From: a bacterium
Lineage (GTDB): Bacteria; SZUA-182; DTGQ01; JAFGSM01
DNA: 34,827 nt
Direction: 5' to 3'
NCBI GenBank assembly: GCA_049472355.1
Contig: JBLIRP010000036.1
Span: 1 to 34,827 of the forward strand
Part shown: positions 1 to 9,989 of the stretch, piece after piece
How the letters are laid out: the number at the start of each line of letters is the position of its first letter
Position numbering within the stretch: the stretch's first letter is position 1
Notes under the pieces: generated by a model
The model's database searches: none
What the model was told of the DNA's origin: nothing
What the model saw: the letters and a program-made list of their open reading frames with translations, nothing else
Made by a program: the position numbers and the translations under genes

Positions 1-219
1 GCTGTGGAGCCATGGTACGAACCTACCTGGGGTCCATGGTGGGATGCGGACTACAACGTGTGGTTCAACACCTGGGGTGGACTGCTTCGAGTGCAGACGG
101 AGTATCGCAGCTCCAGCGGAAGCACCTACACGGAAACGATCGTAACCGGCGGCGAAGTGATTACCGGACCGGAGTTCATGGTCCAACTCTGGTACGATCC
201 GAACACCACATTGCCGTAA
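1..219 (+). CDS. 3' end of a Trp/Tyr/Thr-rich hypothetical protein (truncated by the window edge)
   Basis: Frame 1 is open from the window start to TAA at 217-219 and is followed directly by a strong terminator. Confidence 0.65.
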   Translation, partial: AVEPWYEPTWGPWWDADYNVWFNTWGGLLRVQTEYRSSSGSTYTETIVTGGEVITGPEFMVQLWYDPNTTLP

Positions 220-237
220 TACGCCGACGAATCACCA

Positions 238-270
238 AAGGCCGCCTCTCAAAAGGGGCGGCCTTTTTTT
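238..270 (+). terminator. Rho-independent terminator
   Basis: aaggccgcctct-caaa-aggggcggcctt followed by a T tract, about 20 nt after the stop codon. Confidence 0.85.
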
Positions 271-628
271 ATAGCTGGATGCACCTGCTCTGGCCGAGCT
301 TTTATCACTCTGAACAGGGAAGGCATTCTGCCCGTGCAACCGGGATTGGTCCTGAGCCCCAACCAGAATCAGCATCTTCCCCTTTATAATAACACGCTGG
401 TTACTGGTCTGTTTAGTTATAGTGCCATACGTTCTCATCCCGAAATACACTATCCGGATCGTTTTTGATATAATCATGAAGATGCGCTATGTGGTATTGA
501 AACGGCAGATGCGCAACAGTATATCCGGCATGGTTTCACTGCCGTATGGCGTGACTTTAGTGACCCTATGTTGATATTGTGGGATCGCCTGCGCAATTTC
601 ACCGGAATATGCCGTGGATGAGGTAAGG

Positions 629-2683
629 ATGACTCGACGATTCGTACTCAATGCACGAAGCCTGGGCCAAGGACCGGATTTTTCCGCGGACCTCAACGAG
701 GAACAACTGCAGGTGGTAACGGCGCCGGGCGGCCCCATGCTCGTTGTCGCCGGTGCCGGGAGCGGGAAGACCAGGGCCCTGACCTATCGGCTTGCCTGGC
801 TCGTTCACCGCGGCACGGACCCCGGCCGGATCATGCTGGTCACCTTTACCAACCGTGCGGCACGGGAAATGCTCCAGAGGGTCGAGGTCCTGGTGGGACA
901 CAAGACCAGAAACCTCTGGGGAGGGACCTTCCATCACATCGCCAACCGCATCCTCAGGCTGTACGGCGAACGCATCGGTATCAGCCCGGATTTCACGATC
1001 CTTGACCGGGAGGATGCGCGGGACCTCATCGGATCGTGCATTACGGAGGCAGGCATCCCGATAAAGGAACGCCGCTTCCCTCAGAAGGTGATCCTGGGAA
1101 AGATCTCCAGCTTTGTGCACAATACACTCGATTCTCTGGAAGGGGTATTGTGCAGGCATTACCCGATGTTCATGCAGGATATCGACCGTATCCAGCAGGT
1201 GCTTTCACTCTATGAGGCCCGAAAGCATCAGCGGCAGCTCCTCGATTACGACGACCTGCTTTCTTCATGGCTCAGACTCCTCATGGAGCAGACCGACGTG
1301 CGCAAGCTCCTCGCCGACCAGTTCCTCCACATCCTGGTCGACGAATACCAGGACACCAACGCCATACAGGGGACAATCGTCGATCTCCTCGCCTCCACAC
1401 ATCGCAACCTCACCGTGGTGGGAGACGACTCGCAGTCCATCTACAGCTTCAGGGGGGCAAGCTTTCAGAACATCATATCCTTCAGGGAGCGGTACCCCGA
1501 AGCCAAGGAATACCGCCTTGAGACTAACTATCGCTCCACCCCGGAGATACTGGCCCTTGCCAATGCGAGCATTGCGCACAATTCCGTGAGACTCCCCAAG
1601 GACCTGCGCGCTGTGCGCCCGCCGGGGCTCAAGCCCGCCCTGGTCACGTGCTACGATCATTGCAGCCAGTCCCGTTTTCTGGCCGAATACATCCTGCATC
1701 TGCTGGATGAGGGGCGCAGCCTCAACTCCATCGCCATCCTCTACCGCAGCCACTGGCATTCCATGGAGATACAACTGGAGCTCCAGCGCCGCAATATCCC
1801 CTTTCATATCAGGGGCGGATTGAGGTTTTTCGAACAGGCCCACATCAAGGACGTGCTCGCCTGTCTGCGGATCATCCACAACCCGCAGGACGAGATCGCC
1901 TGGCTGCGCACGTTGAGGCTCCTGCCGCGGGTGGGAGGGGTGCTCTCCCGGAAATTGTGGGAGCACATCCACGAGACCGCTGATCCGCTGAATGCCGCCC
2001 TGACCCCCCAGGCGATAGGGATATTCCCCGAGGGGGCCCATCCCGCCTACCGCGACTTCATTAAACTCCTCCGGGAGCTGTCGGCAATGACCTCGCCCGC
2101 AGACATGATCGAGCATTTGATGGGGCGCTTCTATGAGGACTACCTGGTCTCACACTACGACCGGGCACACCTGCGGCAGGAGGATATAAAGGGGATGGCG
2201 ACATTCGCCGCCCAATATGGCAGCATTGCATCATTCCTTGCGGACCTTGCCCTGGCAGCGGATTTCTCCGGCGAGACCGTGGTCACCGGTCCGGAGGAGC
2301 AGGAATTCGTCATCCTCAGCACCATTCACCAGGCCAAGGGTCTCGAGTGGCCGGTGGTCTTTATCCCCTGGCTCACGGACGGCCGCTTCCCCACCGATCT
2401 CGCCATCAACACCCCTGAGGACGAAGAGGAGGAGCGGCGCGTGTTTCATGTGGCGGTAACCAGGGCGAGGGATGAGCTGTACCTGGTCATTCCCCAGGTC
2501 TATCGGAGCCGTTCCGGCGGTTTGATCATGATGAAGCCGAGCCGTTTTCTCATCGAAATCGAGCCCCATTACACCGAACGAATGATTCTTGAGGAGGGGC
2601 TTCCCCACACGATCAGCGGGGAATGCCCATCGGGCGAGTACTTCGTGCCCGAGGGGGACCTGAATGACCTCATGCCGGATTAG
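629..2683 (+). CDS. ATP-dependent SF1 DNA helicase, UvrD/PcrA/Rep family
   Basis: LNEEQ Q-motif, AGAGSGKT Walker A, TFTNRAA, VDEYQD, VGDDSQSIYSFRGA, NYRS, STIHQAKGLEW, HVAVTRAR. Start is ATG 629 or GTG 614. Confidence 0.95.
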   Translation: MTRRFVLNARSLGQGPDFSADLNEEQLQVVTAPGGPMLVVAGAGSGKTRALTYRLAWLVHRGTDPGRIMLVTFTNRAAREMLQRVEVLVGHKTRNLWGGTFHHIANRILRLYGERIGISPDFTILDREDARDLIGSCITEAGIPIKERRFPQKVILGKISSFVHNTLDSLEGVLCRHYPMFMQDIDRIQQVLSLYEARKHQRQLLDYDDLLSSWLRLLMEQTDVRKLLADQFLHILVDEYQDTNAIQGTIVDLLASTHRNLTVVGDDSQSIYSFRGASFQNIISFRERYPEAKEYRLETNYRSTPEILALANASIAHNSVRLPKDLRAVRPPGLKPALVTCYDHCSQSRFLAEYILHLLDEGRSLNSIAILYRSHWHSMEIQLELQRRNIPFHIRGGLRFFEQAHIKDVLACLRIIHNPQDEIAWLRTLRLLPRVGGVLSRKLWEHIHETADPLNAALTPQAIGIFPEGAHPAYRDFIKLLRELSAMTSPADMIEHLMGRFYEDYLVSHYDRAHLRQEDIKGMATFAAQYGSIASFLADLALAADFSGETVVTGPEEQEFVILSTIHQAKGLEWPVVFIPWLTDGRFPTDLAINTPEDEEEERRVFHVAVTRARDELYLVIPQVYRSRSGGLIMMKPSRFLIEIEPHYTERMILEEGLPHTISGECPSGEYFVPEGDLNDLMPD

Positions 2684-2732
2684 CCATGGGAAGGGGGGCG
2701 TCTTTTGTTTCGGCTCCCTTTTGATACGATAG

Positions 2733-2841
2733 TGAAACGCACATGAGCCGGATGAAACTGCGAATGTAGAATGCAGAAGTGAAACGCTCATGAGACTTCG
2801 GCTCACAAAGAGGCATGAAAATGCCCCAAAGGGGATTTTCA
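2733..2841 (+). repeat. Dispersed intergenic repeat, copy 1 (REP/MITE-like double hairpin with internal heptamers)
   Basis: Nearly identical to the reverse complement of 10975-11096 (tgaaacgcacatgagcc...ggctcacaaagaggcatgaaaat...caaaggggattttc). Confidence 0.9.
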
Positions 2842-3073
2842 GATGAAAAACTGCCGCGATAATGCGTTGCAGAGATCTTCATTGCCGGGCATGGATGCGC
2901 ATTTGTTTGGATTCATGGGTAAGAACGTGGTAGAATTTTTTGCGTATTTATTTCGATAATCACCATGATCTTTCAATCGCAGCCAAGGACGGAAGTCGAA
3001 AACATCAAGCAATTATTTGAAGAATTTCATATAACCAGGGATACATAACCTTCAGAATCGAGGAATATACCGC

Positions 3074-4018
3074 ATGGACCGCATAACGATCGACTCCATT
3101 GAACTGGTCCTCTCGCATCCGGACCAGCAGGAAAGGGAATGGATCGGCCAGGAGGAGCTCCTGGAACAGATCCTTGCATGCTGGCTCGTCCTGACACCGG
3201 ATGATTTCCCCTTGTGTCCCCGCTTGCTGGGCAAGCCCGGCATGGGAAAGACGACCCTGGCCATAGCCGCGGCGCGCACCCTGGGAAAGCCTGTCTACCT
3301 TTACCAGTGCACCATGGATACCCGACCCGAGGACCTCATCATTACCCCGGTTATCGCCAACAATGGGAGGATTCAATACCATGGGAGCTCTCTGCTGACG
3401 GCAATGATACGGGGAGGGGTGGCAATTCTCGACGAGGCCAATCGTATGAGTGAGAAATCATGGGCGTCCCTCGCCCCGCTGCTGGATAACCGCCGGTACG
3501 TGGAGAGCATCATCGCCGGCATCAAGATCCACGCGCACCCCGAGTTCCGCTGCTGTGTCACCATGAACGACGATGCATCGACCTATGAGGTGCCCGATTA
3601 CATCATTTCCCGCCTTCAGCCGATGATCCACCTCGACTTCCCTGACAAGGAGGAGGAACTGGCGATCCTGAGGTACAACCTCAACTTCGCACCCGAGGAA
3701 ATTTTGCGCCTCACCGTGGCCTTTCTGCAAAAAAGCCATGAGGCCCGATTGGAATACAGCATCCGGGATGGTCTGAGCATAGCCCGGTATGCCATGAAAA
3801 TGAGGGGGGGTACGTCGAGGAAGCACCCCATGAGATTGCGGGAGGCATTTCAAAGGGCGGTGGAACAGGTCCTGGGCAAGGATGCCCTCGATATAAGAAA
3901 AAAGGCGGCACAGATCAATGCGAGGAATCTGAACAATATCGTCTTCCTGGAGGACTTCTTCATGAATCAGAAGGACTGGGACAAGGGCAATCAGGAGGAA
4001 GGAGAACGGGGGCAGTAG
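3074..4018 (+). CDS. MoxR/CbbQ-like AAA+ ATPase (AAA_5)
   Basis: GKPGMGKT Walker A, ILDEANR Walker B, AHPEFR...TMN sensor region; GAGGA RBS upstream. Confidence 0.9.
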   Translation: MDRITIDSIELVLSHPDQQEREWIGQEELLEQILACWLVLTPDDFPLCPRLLGKPGMGKTTLAIAAARTLGKPVYLYQCTMDTRPEDLIITPVIANNGRIQYHGSSLLTAMIRGGVAILDEANRMSEKSWASLAPLLDNRRYVESIIAGIKIHAHPEFRCCVTMNDDASTYEVPDYIISRLQPMIHLDFPDKEEELAILRYNLNFAPEEILRLTVAFLQKSHEARLEYSIRDGLSIARYAMKMRGGTSRKHPMRLREAFQRAVEQVLGKDALDIRKKAAQINARNLNNIVFLEDFFMNQKDWDKGNQEEGERGQ

Positions 4019-4021
4019 TGC

Positions 4022-5854
4022 ATGGGAAAAAGGATTCTCGTCAAGGACGGCAGGCTGTGGCTTGACAACATCTGCCTGGTGCCGGTTATTTCAGGGAGGG
4101 TGGCCTTTGCCCACGAGGTGAAGGAGACCTTTTTGAATACCCCATTTGACTGCATTGCCGTAGGGCTGCCTGCATCCTTCCATTCCCTGAGCATCCAGGG
4201 GATCAATGTGTTGCCCTATATTTCGGTCATCGTCTCGGATGAGGCAGAGGAGGGAAGTTGCAGCTATTTCCCCATTGATCCCTGCGACGGCATGATCGAG
4301 GCCTTACGGCTCGGTATGGAGGAGGGCCTTCCGATTCGATGTATTGACCGGGAGATGGATGCGATCCCCTTGTCCGGCCTTATCCTTCCGGATGAATACG
4401 CAGTCCACAGGATAGGCCTGTCCGCATATGTCCAAACGGCCTTTTCCGCCTTTGACACCAAGGAAGAGGACAGCCAGGCACGACACATGGCCTCCAGGCT
4501 CCAGACACTCAGCTTTGAATATGAAAGGGTCCTCTGTGTGTTTTCCGTACACCACCTTCCGGGTATCCTTCACTACTATCAGCATGAATACGGCGATATT
4601 CCTTCAGGCAGGAAGCCGCGGGAGGTAAGGCTCTTTTCGGCGCATCCCGATTCACTCTATTTCGTTCTGGGAGAGCTCCCCTATATCACCTACCTGTATG
4701 AAAGGCTGAAGGGCACCCTCTCGTTCGAGGAGTTCGAAAAGACCGAGGCGGTCAAGATGCTCCTGCTCGAGACCAGGGACGAGTTTCACAAGGAATTCCG
4801 CGAGGAGATTTACCGGATCGGTCATCAGGGCATTCAGTCATCCCTTCAATTCATACGGAACCTCTGTATTCTCAAAAAGAGGCTCACCCCCGATCTTTAC
4901 GAACTGGTGGTAGGGGCAAAGGGGGTCATGGGAAACGACTTTGCCGTAAAATTGCTTGAGGTGGCGAAATTCTATCCCTTTATGGACATCTCGCCCGCCC
5001 ACCCTCCCCTCAAAATGACTGACCGGTATATCGACAGGGGCGGCTCCTCTGTTCCGGCCTTCAGGAGGGTGCCCACCATGGCCAAGGAGTGGAGGCGGAT
5101 CAGCCTCGAAAAGAGGCCGGACAAGAGGCAAAAAAGGAGGTGGCGGACGTACTGGAATCCTGATTCGGTATGCTCCTGGCCTCCCGAGGACGAGATCATC
5201 GAAAACTTCTGCGGGTATATCCGCAAGCGCGCCCTGAAGCTCGTGGGGATTTCCCAGGTGCGGGTCGAGGAATTCCAGAGCACCCTCAAGGACGGCATCC
5301 ACCTCCGGGAGACATTGAGAAACCTGCATGTAGGGAAAATCTACGTCAAGGAGGAACCCCAGATCCAGGGTGAGGTGGGTGCGGTGATTTTTATCTTTGA
5401 TGAGGACCGGGAGGGGGACAGGTATCCTTACAAACTGACCTGGCATGCCGAGCACGAGAATGAGTCCACCCTCGTCTTCTACGCCACGGATTTCAGGAAC
5501 GACCTGGTGGGGCCCTCTATAGGGCGATCATTTTACGGCGGCGCCCTGTTTCTCTATCCCCCGCAATTGATACCGGACGTATGGACGAACCCTCGCTTCG
5601 ACGCGGCCGGGGATAGTGCCGAACGGCTCATGATGGCAGGTCTATATTATTCCCGCGACCGGTATGTCGCCGTCGTGGCGCACCGGAAGCCTTCCCCGAT
5701 TATCAGTGAGTATGCGAGAATCCAGCAGAAACGGCTGGTGTTTCTCCCCCTGTCCGCGTTCAGCCACAGGACGCTCCAGAGGCTCCGCTATTTCCATGTG
5801 TTGAATGGGAAGCACGTGCGAAACTGGGCCGCGCACTTCATCAGGGGGCGTTAA
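4022..5854 (+). CDS. Conserved hypothetical protein, probable partner of the MoxR ATPase
   Basis: 610-aa ORF starting 3 nt after the ATPase stop, with ordinary protein composition; function not recognised. Confidence 0.8.
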   Translation: MGKRILVKDGRLWLDNICLVPVISGRVAFAHEVKETFLNTPFDCIAVGLPASFHSLSIQGINVLPYISVIVSDEAEEGSCSYFPIDPCDGMIEALRLGMEEGLPIRCIDREMDAIPLSGLILPDEYAVHRIGLSAYVQTAFSAFDTKEEDSQARHMASRLQTLSFEYERVLCVFSVHHLPGILHYYQHEYGDIPSGRKPREVRLFSAHPDSLYFVLGELPYITYLYERLKGTLSFEEFEKTEAVKMLLLETRDEFHKEFREEIYRIGHQGIQSSLQFIRNLCILKKRLTPDLYELVVGAKGVMGNDFAVKLLEVAKFYPFMDISPAHPPLKMTDRYIDRGGSSVPAFRRVPTMAKEWRRISLEKRPDKRQKRRWRTYWNPDSVCSWPPEDEIIENFCGYIRKRALKLVGISQVRVEEFQSTLKDGIHLRETLRNLHVGKIYVKEEPQIQGEVGAVIFIFDEDREGDRYPYKLTWHAEHENESTLVFYATDFRNDLVGPSIGRSFYGGALFLYPPQLIPDVWTNPRFDAAGDSAERLMMAGLYYSRDRYVAVVAHRKPSPIISEYARIQQKRLVFLPLSAFSHRTLQRLRYFHVLNGKHVRNWAAHFIRGR

Positions 5855-6216
5855 TCTCCGGAGGTATCATCCCGGCCCTTTTCCTCACCGCTGGACTCCC
5901 GGATATACCGTTCCAACTGCAGGAGACCTTCCCGGGGGATGTCGATGAATTCGGCGCCTATCTCGTAACGATCGCTGCCGGGCATCTTTTTGGCCCACTT
6001 GACGCGCAGCGAGGCATCAAAGATATAGGGGATGGTCTTTATGGAAAGCCTTATGCGCAGGGTGCTGCCTATGGGAATGAATTCCCGCGTGGAAAAACGC
6101 ACCCCGCCTGTGCTGATGTCCTTGGAGATGGACCCGATGGTCTTGGTCTGTGGAATGAGACGGTACGACAACTCGGAGGATTCCGGTATTCGTAAGTACT
6201 GCCGCTTATCATTCAT
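5851..6216 (-). CDS. PilZ domain (c-di-GMP receptor) protein
   Basis: RxxxR (KRQYLR) and DxSxxG (DISTGG) motifs, plus YEIGAEF; GAGGAGG upstream. Confidence 0.9.
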   Translation of the reverse strand: MNDKRQYLRIPESSELSYRLIPQTKTIGSISKDISTGGVRFSTREFIPIGSTLRIRLSIKTIPYIFDASLRVKWAKKMPGSDRYEIGAEFIDIPREGLLQLERYIRESSGEEKGRDDTSGD

Positions 6217-6295
6217 GGTGCGTGCGAAGACCTCCTCAGGCCGGGACCCGCGCAGCCTTTCATCACGTGCACATCGGGACTATTATGGTAGCATA

Positions 6296-6326
6296 ATTAT
6301 ATATCAAATCCGCCTTGATATGTCAA
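6296..6326 (-). promoter_or_regulatory. Putative sigma70 promoter for the PilZ gene
   Basis: Minus strand TTGACA followed by TATATA (17-nt spacer) or TATAAT (19-nt spacer). Confidence 0.4.
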
Positions 6327-6451
6327 AAGGGTATGAAGCAGCAGCAATTCTCATTTGAAGGAATATACCCGGACATGGTTACTCCGGTGTGCGGGAGGGA
6401 GATGCGCCTTCGATGCCGACTCCGCTCATGAAGAAACGGCAACCGGCTGCG

Positions 6452-7384
6452 TCAAGGAGCAGGGAAGATCGCCCTGGCTGCCATCGCTGTCCAGCCTTCC
6501 TGCGAGGCTGTCTCCATCACCTCGAATCCCGCCCCGAGCAGCCTGTCCGTGATTCTTCCCTGATTCTCCTCGACGATACCGGAGCATATAAATATTCCTC
6601 CATGCCGCAACACGGTATGGAGCCGGGGAATCAGGGCATCGATGACCTCCGAGGTGATGTTGGCGACAACCATGTCAAAGGCATCGTGCACCTCATCGAG
6701 GAGGTCCCCTCGTTGCACCCGGAAGCACTCGTAACATGTCCGGTTGAGTGAGAGGTTTTCCCCGGCGACATCGACCGCCACCTGGTCGGAATCGATCCCC
6801 AGTCCCTTTCCCGCCCCGAGCTTGGCAGCGGCAATCAGGAGGATACCCGAGCCGGCGCCGACATCCAGAACGGAATCGCCCTTCTGCAGGTAGCGTTCGA
6901 TCAGGATGACGCACAGGCGGGTGGAAGGATGGGTGCCGGTGCCGAATGCCATCCCGGGATCGATTGTCACCACGATATCATGAGGGGCGGGATCGTACGC
7001 CCTCCATGTCGGGGTGACCACGATGCGGCCGGAGATCCGTTGGGGCCGGAAGTACGCCTTCCACGACTCGGCCCAATCCTCCTCATCCACAGCACGGAAG
7101 GTTATCCTGTAGTGCATGTCCAGCCTCTTCCCCAGCAGATCGAGCATTTCCCTCGCCATGCGAACCTGCGCACCGATTCCACCGTTGATCGGCAGATAGG
7201 CGATAACCGCGTCATACCCGGAGATCGCCTGATCACGATGCCCCCTTGCCAGAGTCTCCCCATCCTCGGCATTTTCCATCACCACGCCCTGAAGACCGAG
7301 TTCATAAAACACATCCGATATGAGATCAGCGGCGCATTCCCTTTCAGCACATCGGTAATTGACCCTTGTTTCAAGCCATTTCAT
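6452..7384 (-). CDS. prmA: Ribosomal protein L11 methyltransferase
   Basis: MKWLE N-terminus, EEDWAESWK, IDPGMAFGTGTHPST, VLDVGAGSGIL, VVANI, SGI. Confidence 0.95.
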   Translation of the reverse strand: MKWLETRVNYRCAERECAADLISDVFYELGLQGVVMENAEDGETLARGHRDQAISGYDAVIAYLPINGGIGAQVRMAREMLDLLGKRLDMHYRITFRAVDEEDWAESWKAYFRPQRISGRIVVTPTWRAYDPAPHDIVVTIDPGMAFGTGTHPSTRLCVILIERYLQKGDSVLDVGAGSGILLIAAAKLGAGKGLGIDSDQVAVDVAGENLSLNRTCYECFRVQRGDLLDEVHDAFDMVVANITSEVIDALIPRLHTVLRHGGIFICSGIVEENQGRITDRLLGAGFEVMETASQEGWTAMAARAIFPAP

Positions 7385-7524
7385 CCTGAGGTTCCCTGCC
7401 GTGGTTTTCCGACATCGTGAGTCGAAGTTCCGTGGATAATCGCTTACAGGCATATCCAGGGAATGATTCGATCGATTTCAGTTTTACTATTCAAGACGTT
7501 TCACGCTAATGTGACGATATAACT

Positions 7525-7552
7525 ATTATAGATTTGACAGCGCGTCTGTCAA
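7525..7552 (-). promoter_or_regulatory. Putative sigma70 promoter for prmA, overlapped by a palindrome
   Basis: Minus strand TTGACA-N16-TATAAT; TTGACAG-cgcgt-CTGTCAA inverted repeat at 7534-7552. Confidence 0.6.
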
Positions 7553-7675
7553 TGATGTGCGTTCCTTGCCTGGTTCCATCGCCACGTATTGTTTGTAACG
7601 GGCAGTGCCGGGCATTGGTAATGTTGATAGAGGAACTATGTGCGGTACACCGGTTATTGAACAGGGCATGATCTA

Positions 7676-9727
7676 TTGTTCATCCTGCTTCCGATAGGAC
7701 ATGAAAATCAAGTCGTTCAAAGATTGCCGTATGTGACCATCGTCATCATATGCCTGAACGTGCTCATTTTCTTCTCCACCAGGCCGTCACAATCAAGGCT
7801 CGAACATGCCTTCGGAGAGGCATTCGAGCATGTCATCGATTTCTATGCCACACATTCGGATATCGATGTTGAAGGGATCATCGATAATGAAAATCGCGAC
7901 CTCAAAAACCTCCTGCTGGACATAAAACAAGAGTACGGAGGTGGTTGGATAGAGTCAACGTCAACAAATGCGGATAGGGAAAAACTCAAAGAACTGGTCG
8001 ATGAGCTCTCCGCCATCAAGTATTCCCTGCCCTCATATAAATATGGCCTTATTCCGAGCAATCCCAAACTGTTCGGCTACCTTTCCTCGATGTTCATGCA
8101 TGGGGGGTTCTTCCATCTGTTCTTTAACATGCTCTTTTTATGGCTGGCAGGCTGCACCATCGAGGACAAGTGGGGGCGGCCCCTGTATGCGGGATTTTAC
8201 CTGCTCGGCGGTATTATCGCCTCCCAGGCCCATGTGCTCATGTTTTCCCAAAGCACCATCCCTCTGATCGGGGCATCCGGCGCCATTGCGGGCGCCATGG
8301 GGGCGTTCCTGGTGAAGATGTATAAGACAAGGATCAGGATATTCTATGCCCTCTGGCTGTTTCTCTTTTTCGTCAAAACGGGGACCTTTCACATCCCGGC
8401 ATATGTGGCCCTTCCCTTCTGGTTTGTCCAGCAGATCTATTTTGCCCTGCTTTCAGCAGGCACAGGCGAAACCGGCGGGGTGGCCTTTTGGGCCCATATC
8501 GGGGGATTCGCCTTCGGGCTTGCCGTTGCCTACCTCATGCAGCAATTCGGTATTGAGGAACGGTTTATCCAGCCGGGCATAGACCAGAAGATATCCATAC
8601 AACAGCACCCGGGGCTCCTTGCGGCAATGGAAAAGTTCGAACGGGAACAGTACGATGAGGCCCTGGCGGACATCGAGGATTTTCTCAGGGTGGAACCGAA
8701 CAACCTCGACGGCAATATCATGTTGGCACAAATCTCTTCCAAACAGGGCAAGAACGAGGATGCGGCCCAGGCTTACAGGAAGGTGGCATCCCGCTACCTG
8801 GCCGATAGGAACCATCCCCTTGCAGTGAGCACGTACCTGGATATGAAGGGGCTCTCATCCAACGTCTCCCTGTTGCCCAGGGATCAGTTGGCCATCGGCT
8901 ACCTGTTTGAAAAGGAGGGAAATATGCAAGAGGCCGCCGATGCCTATGAACGATTGATCACCAGCTATCCGGAGGCCGGCGAGTGTATGAAGGCCGCTGT
9001 TTCCTATGGAAGCATGTGCTTCGGGGCTCTTAACCGTCCGGATAAGGCCATGGAATTATTCCAAAAGGCACGGGAACGGTGTGATCGTTATCCGGAATGG
9101 ACCGAACGGGTGGAGGATGGCCTGAAAAAGGCACAGGAGCTGATGGCCGGCAGAGACGCCGCGGGACAAGGCATGCCCACCCCTGCCGCCCCCAAGGCCG
9201 ATCCCTCCGAACCTGCCGGGCTGAAACCGAACACACCGGTTCATACGAAGGTTGAAACAGCCATGTCCGTGTGCCAGATGAGGCCCGCAAAACTATATTC
9301 CCAGGGAATCCTCATGGAAGGGAGGGAGAAGAAGGGCCTGTTCAAGTGGGAGATGATCAAGTTCATCGGTGTGGGCCGCATTGAACAGGGCCCCGCCGAC
9401 GGGGGCGGCACCCGGATCATCGACCTCATCTATGCGGTCGATCCATCCACGATAAAGTCGATCCGCATCCGGGAATCGACGATCGACTATACCACCCTTT
9501 TCAATCCACCCCCCAACAACCGCACGGAGGGATTCGCCACCCTGGTGAGAATGCTGCTGCAGAATACCACCATACCGGCCATACCCGCATCCCTCAGGGA
9601 TACAAACCTTGTTCCCGATTCCCTTATCCCGGCATTTCGTACCCTTGAGGATTACGAGGCATGCGTGAGGAACACGCTGCGGATAGCCAGCATATCAACA
9701 CCGATGCGCAGCCCCGTCACTGCCTGA
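7676..9727 (+). CDS. Rhomboid intramembrane serine protease fused to TPR repeats and a C-terminal domain
   Basis: SMFMHGGFFHLFFNMLFLW, catalytic GASG, GGVAFWAHIGGF, then TPR-like helices. TTG start is uncertain. Confidence 0.9.
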   Translation: MFILLPIGHENQVVQRLPYVTIVIICLNVLIFFSTRPSQSRLEHAFGEAFEHVIDFYATHSDIDVEGIIDNENRDLKNLLLDIKQEYGGGWIESTSTNADREKLKELVDELSAIKYSLPSYKYGLIPSNPKLFGYLSSMFMHGGFFHLFFNMLFLWLAGCTIEDKWGRPLYAGFYLLGGIIASQAHVLMFSQSTIPLIGASGAIAGAMGAFLVKMYKTRIRIFYALWLFLFFVKTGTFHIPAYVALPFWFVQQIYFALLSAGTGETGGVAFWAHIGGFAFGLAVAYLMQQFGIEERFIQPGIDQKISIQQHPGLLAAMEKFEREQYDEALADIEDFLRVEPNNLDGNIMLAQISSKQGKNEDAAQAYRKVASRYLADRNHPLAVSTYLDMKGLSSNVSLLPRDQLAIGYLFEKEGNMQEAADAYERLITSYPEAGECMKAAVSYGSMCFGALNRPDKAMELFQKARERCDRYPEWTERVEDGLKKAQELMAGRDAAGQGMPTPAAPKADPSEPAGLKPNTPVHTKVETAMSVCQMRPAKLYSQGILMEGREKKGLFKWEMIKFIGVGRIEQGPADGGGTRIIDLIYAVDPSTIKSIRIRESTIDYTTLFNPPPNNRTEGFATLVRMLLQNTTIPAIPASLRDTNLVPDSLIPAFRTLEDYEACVRNTLRIASISTPMRSPVTA

Positions 9728-9989
9728 TTGTGTCATATCTAATCGTTTACCATCTCGTTTAAGATCCCTAAAAAAGGGGGATGTCCTTTCTTCCCACCAT
9801 ATAATAAACCACCCCGGCGCAAGCAGCAGGGTATCAAAAGGGATTTTTGAAACGCCCCAAATGGCGAGGAATTATACCCGCAAAGATTAAACAGGCCTGG
9901 TACTTCGGAGGCATTCGGGTATATGAACAGGGATCTGAGGACTCGATGAAACAACCGGACAGTCTGCGCTGCCGAGGTCTTCCTCGGGA

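Noticed and set aside
514..528. Minus-strand GG-N10-GC (CGGATATACTGTTGC) as a sigma54 promoter
   Set aside because: Poor -24 match and no credible downstream gene.
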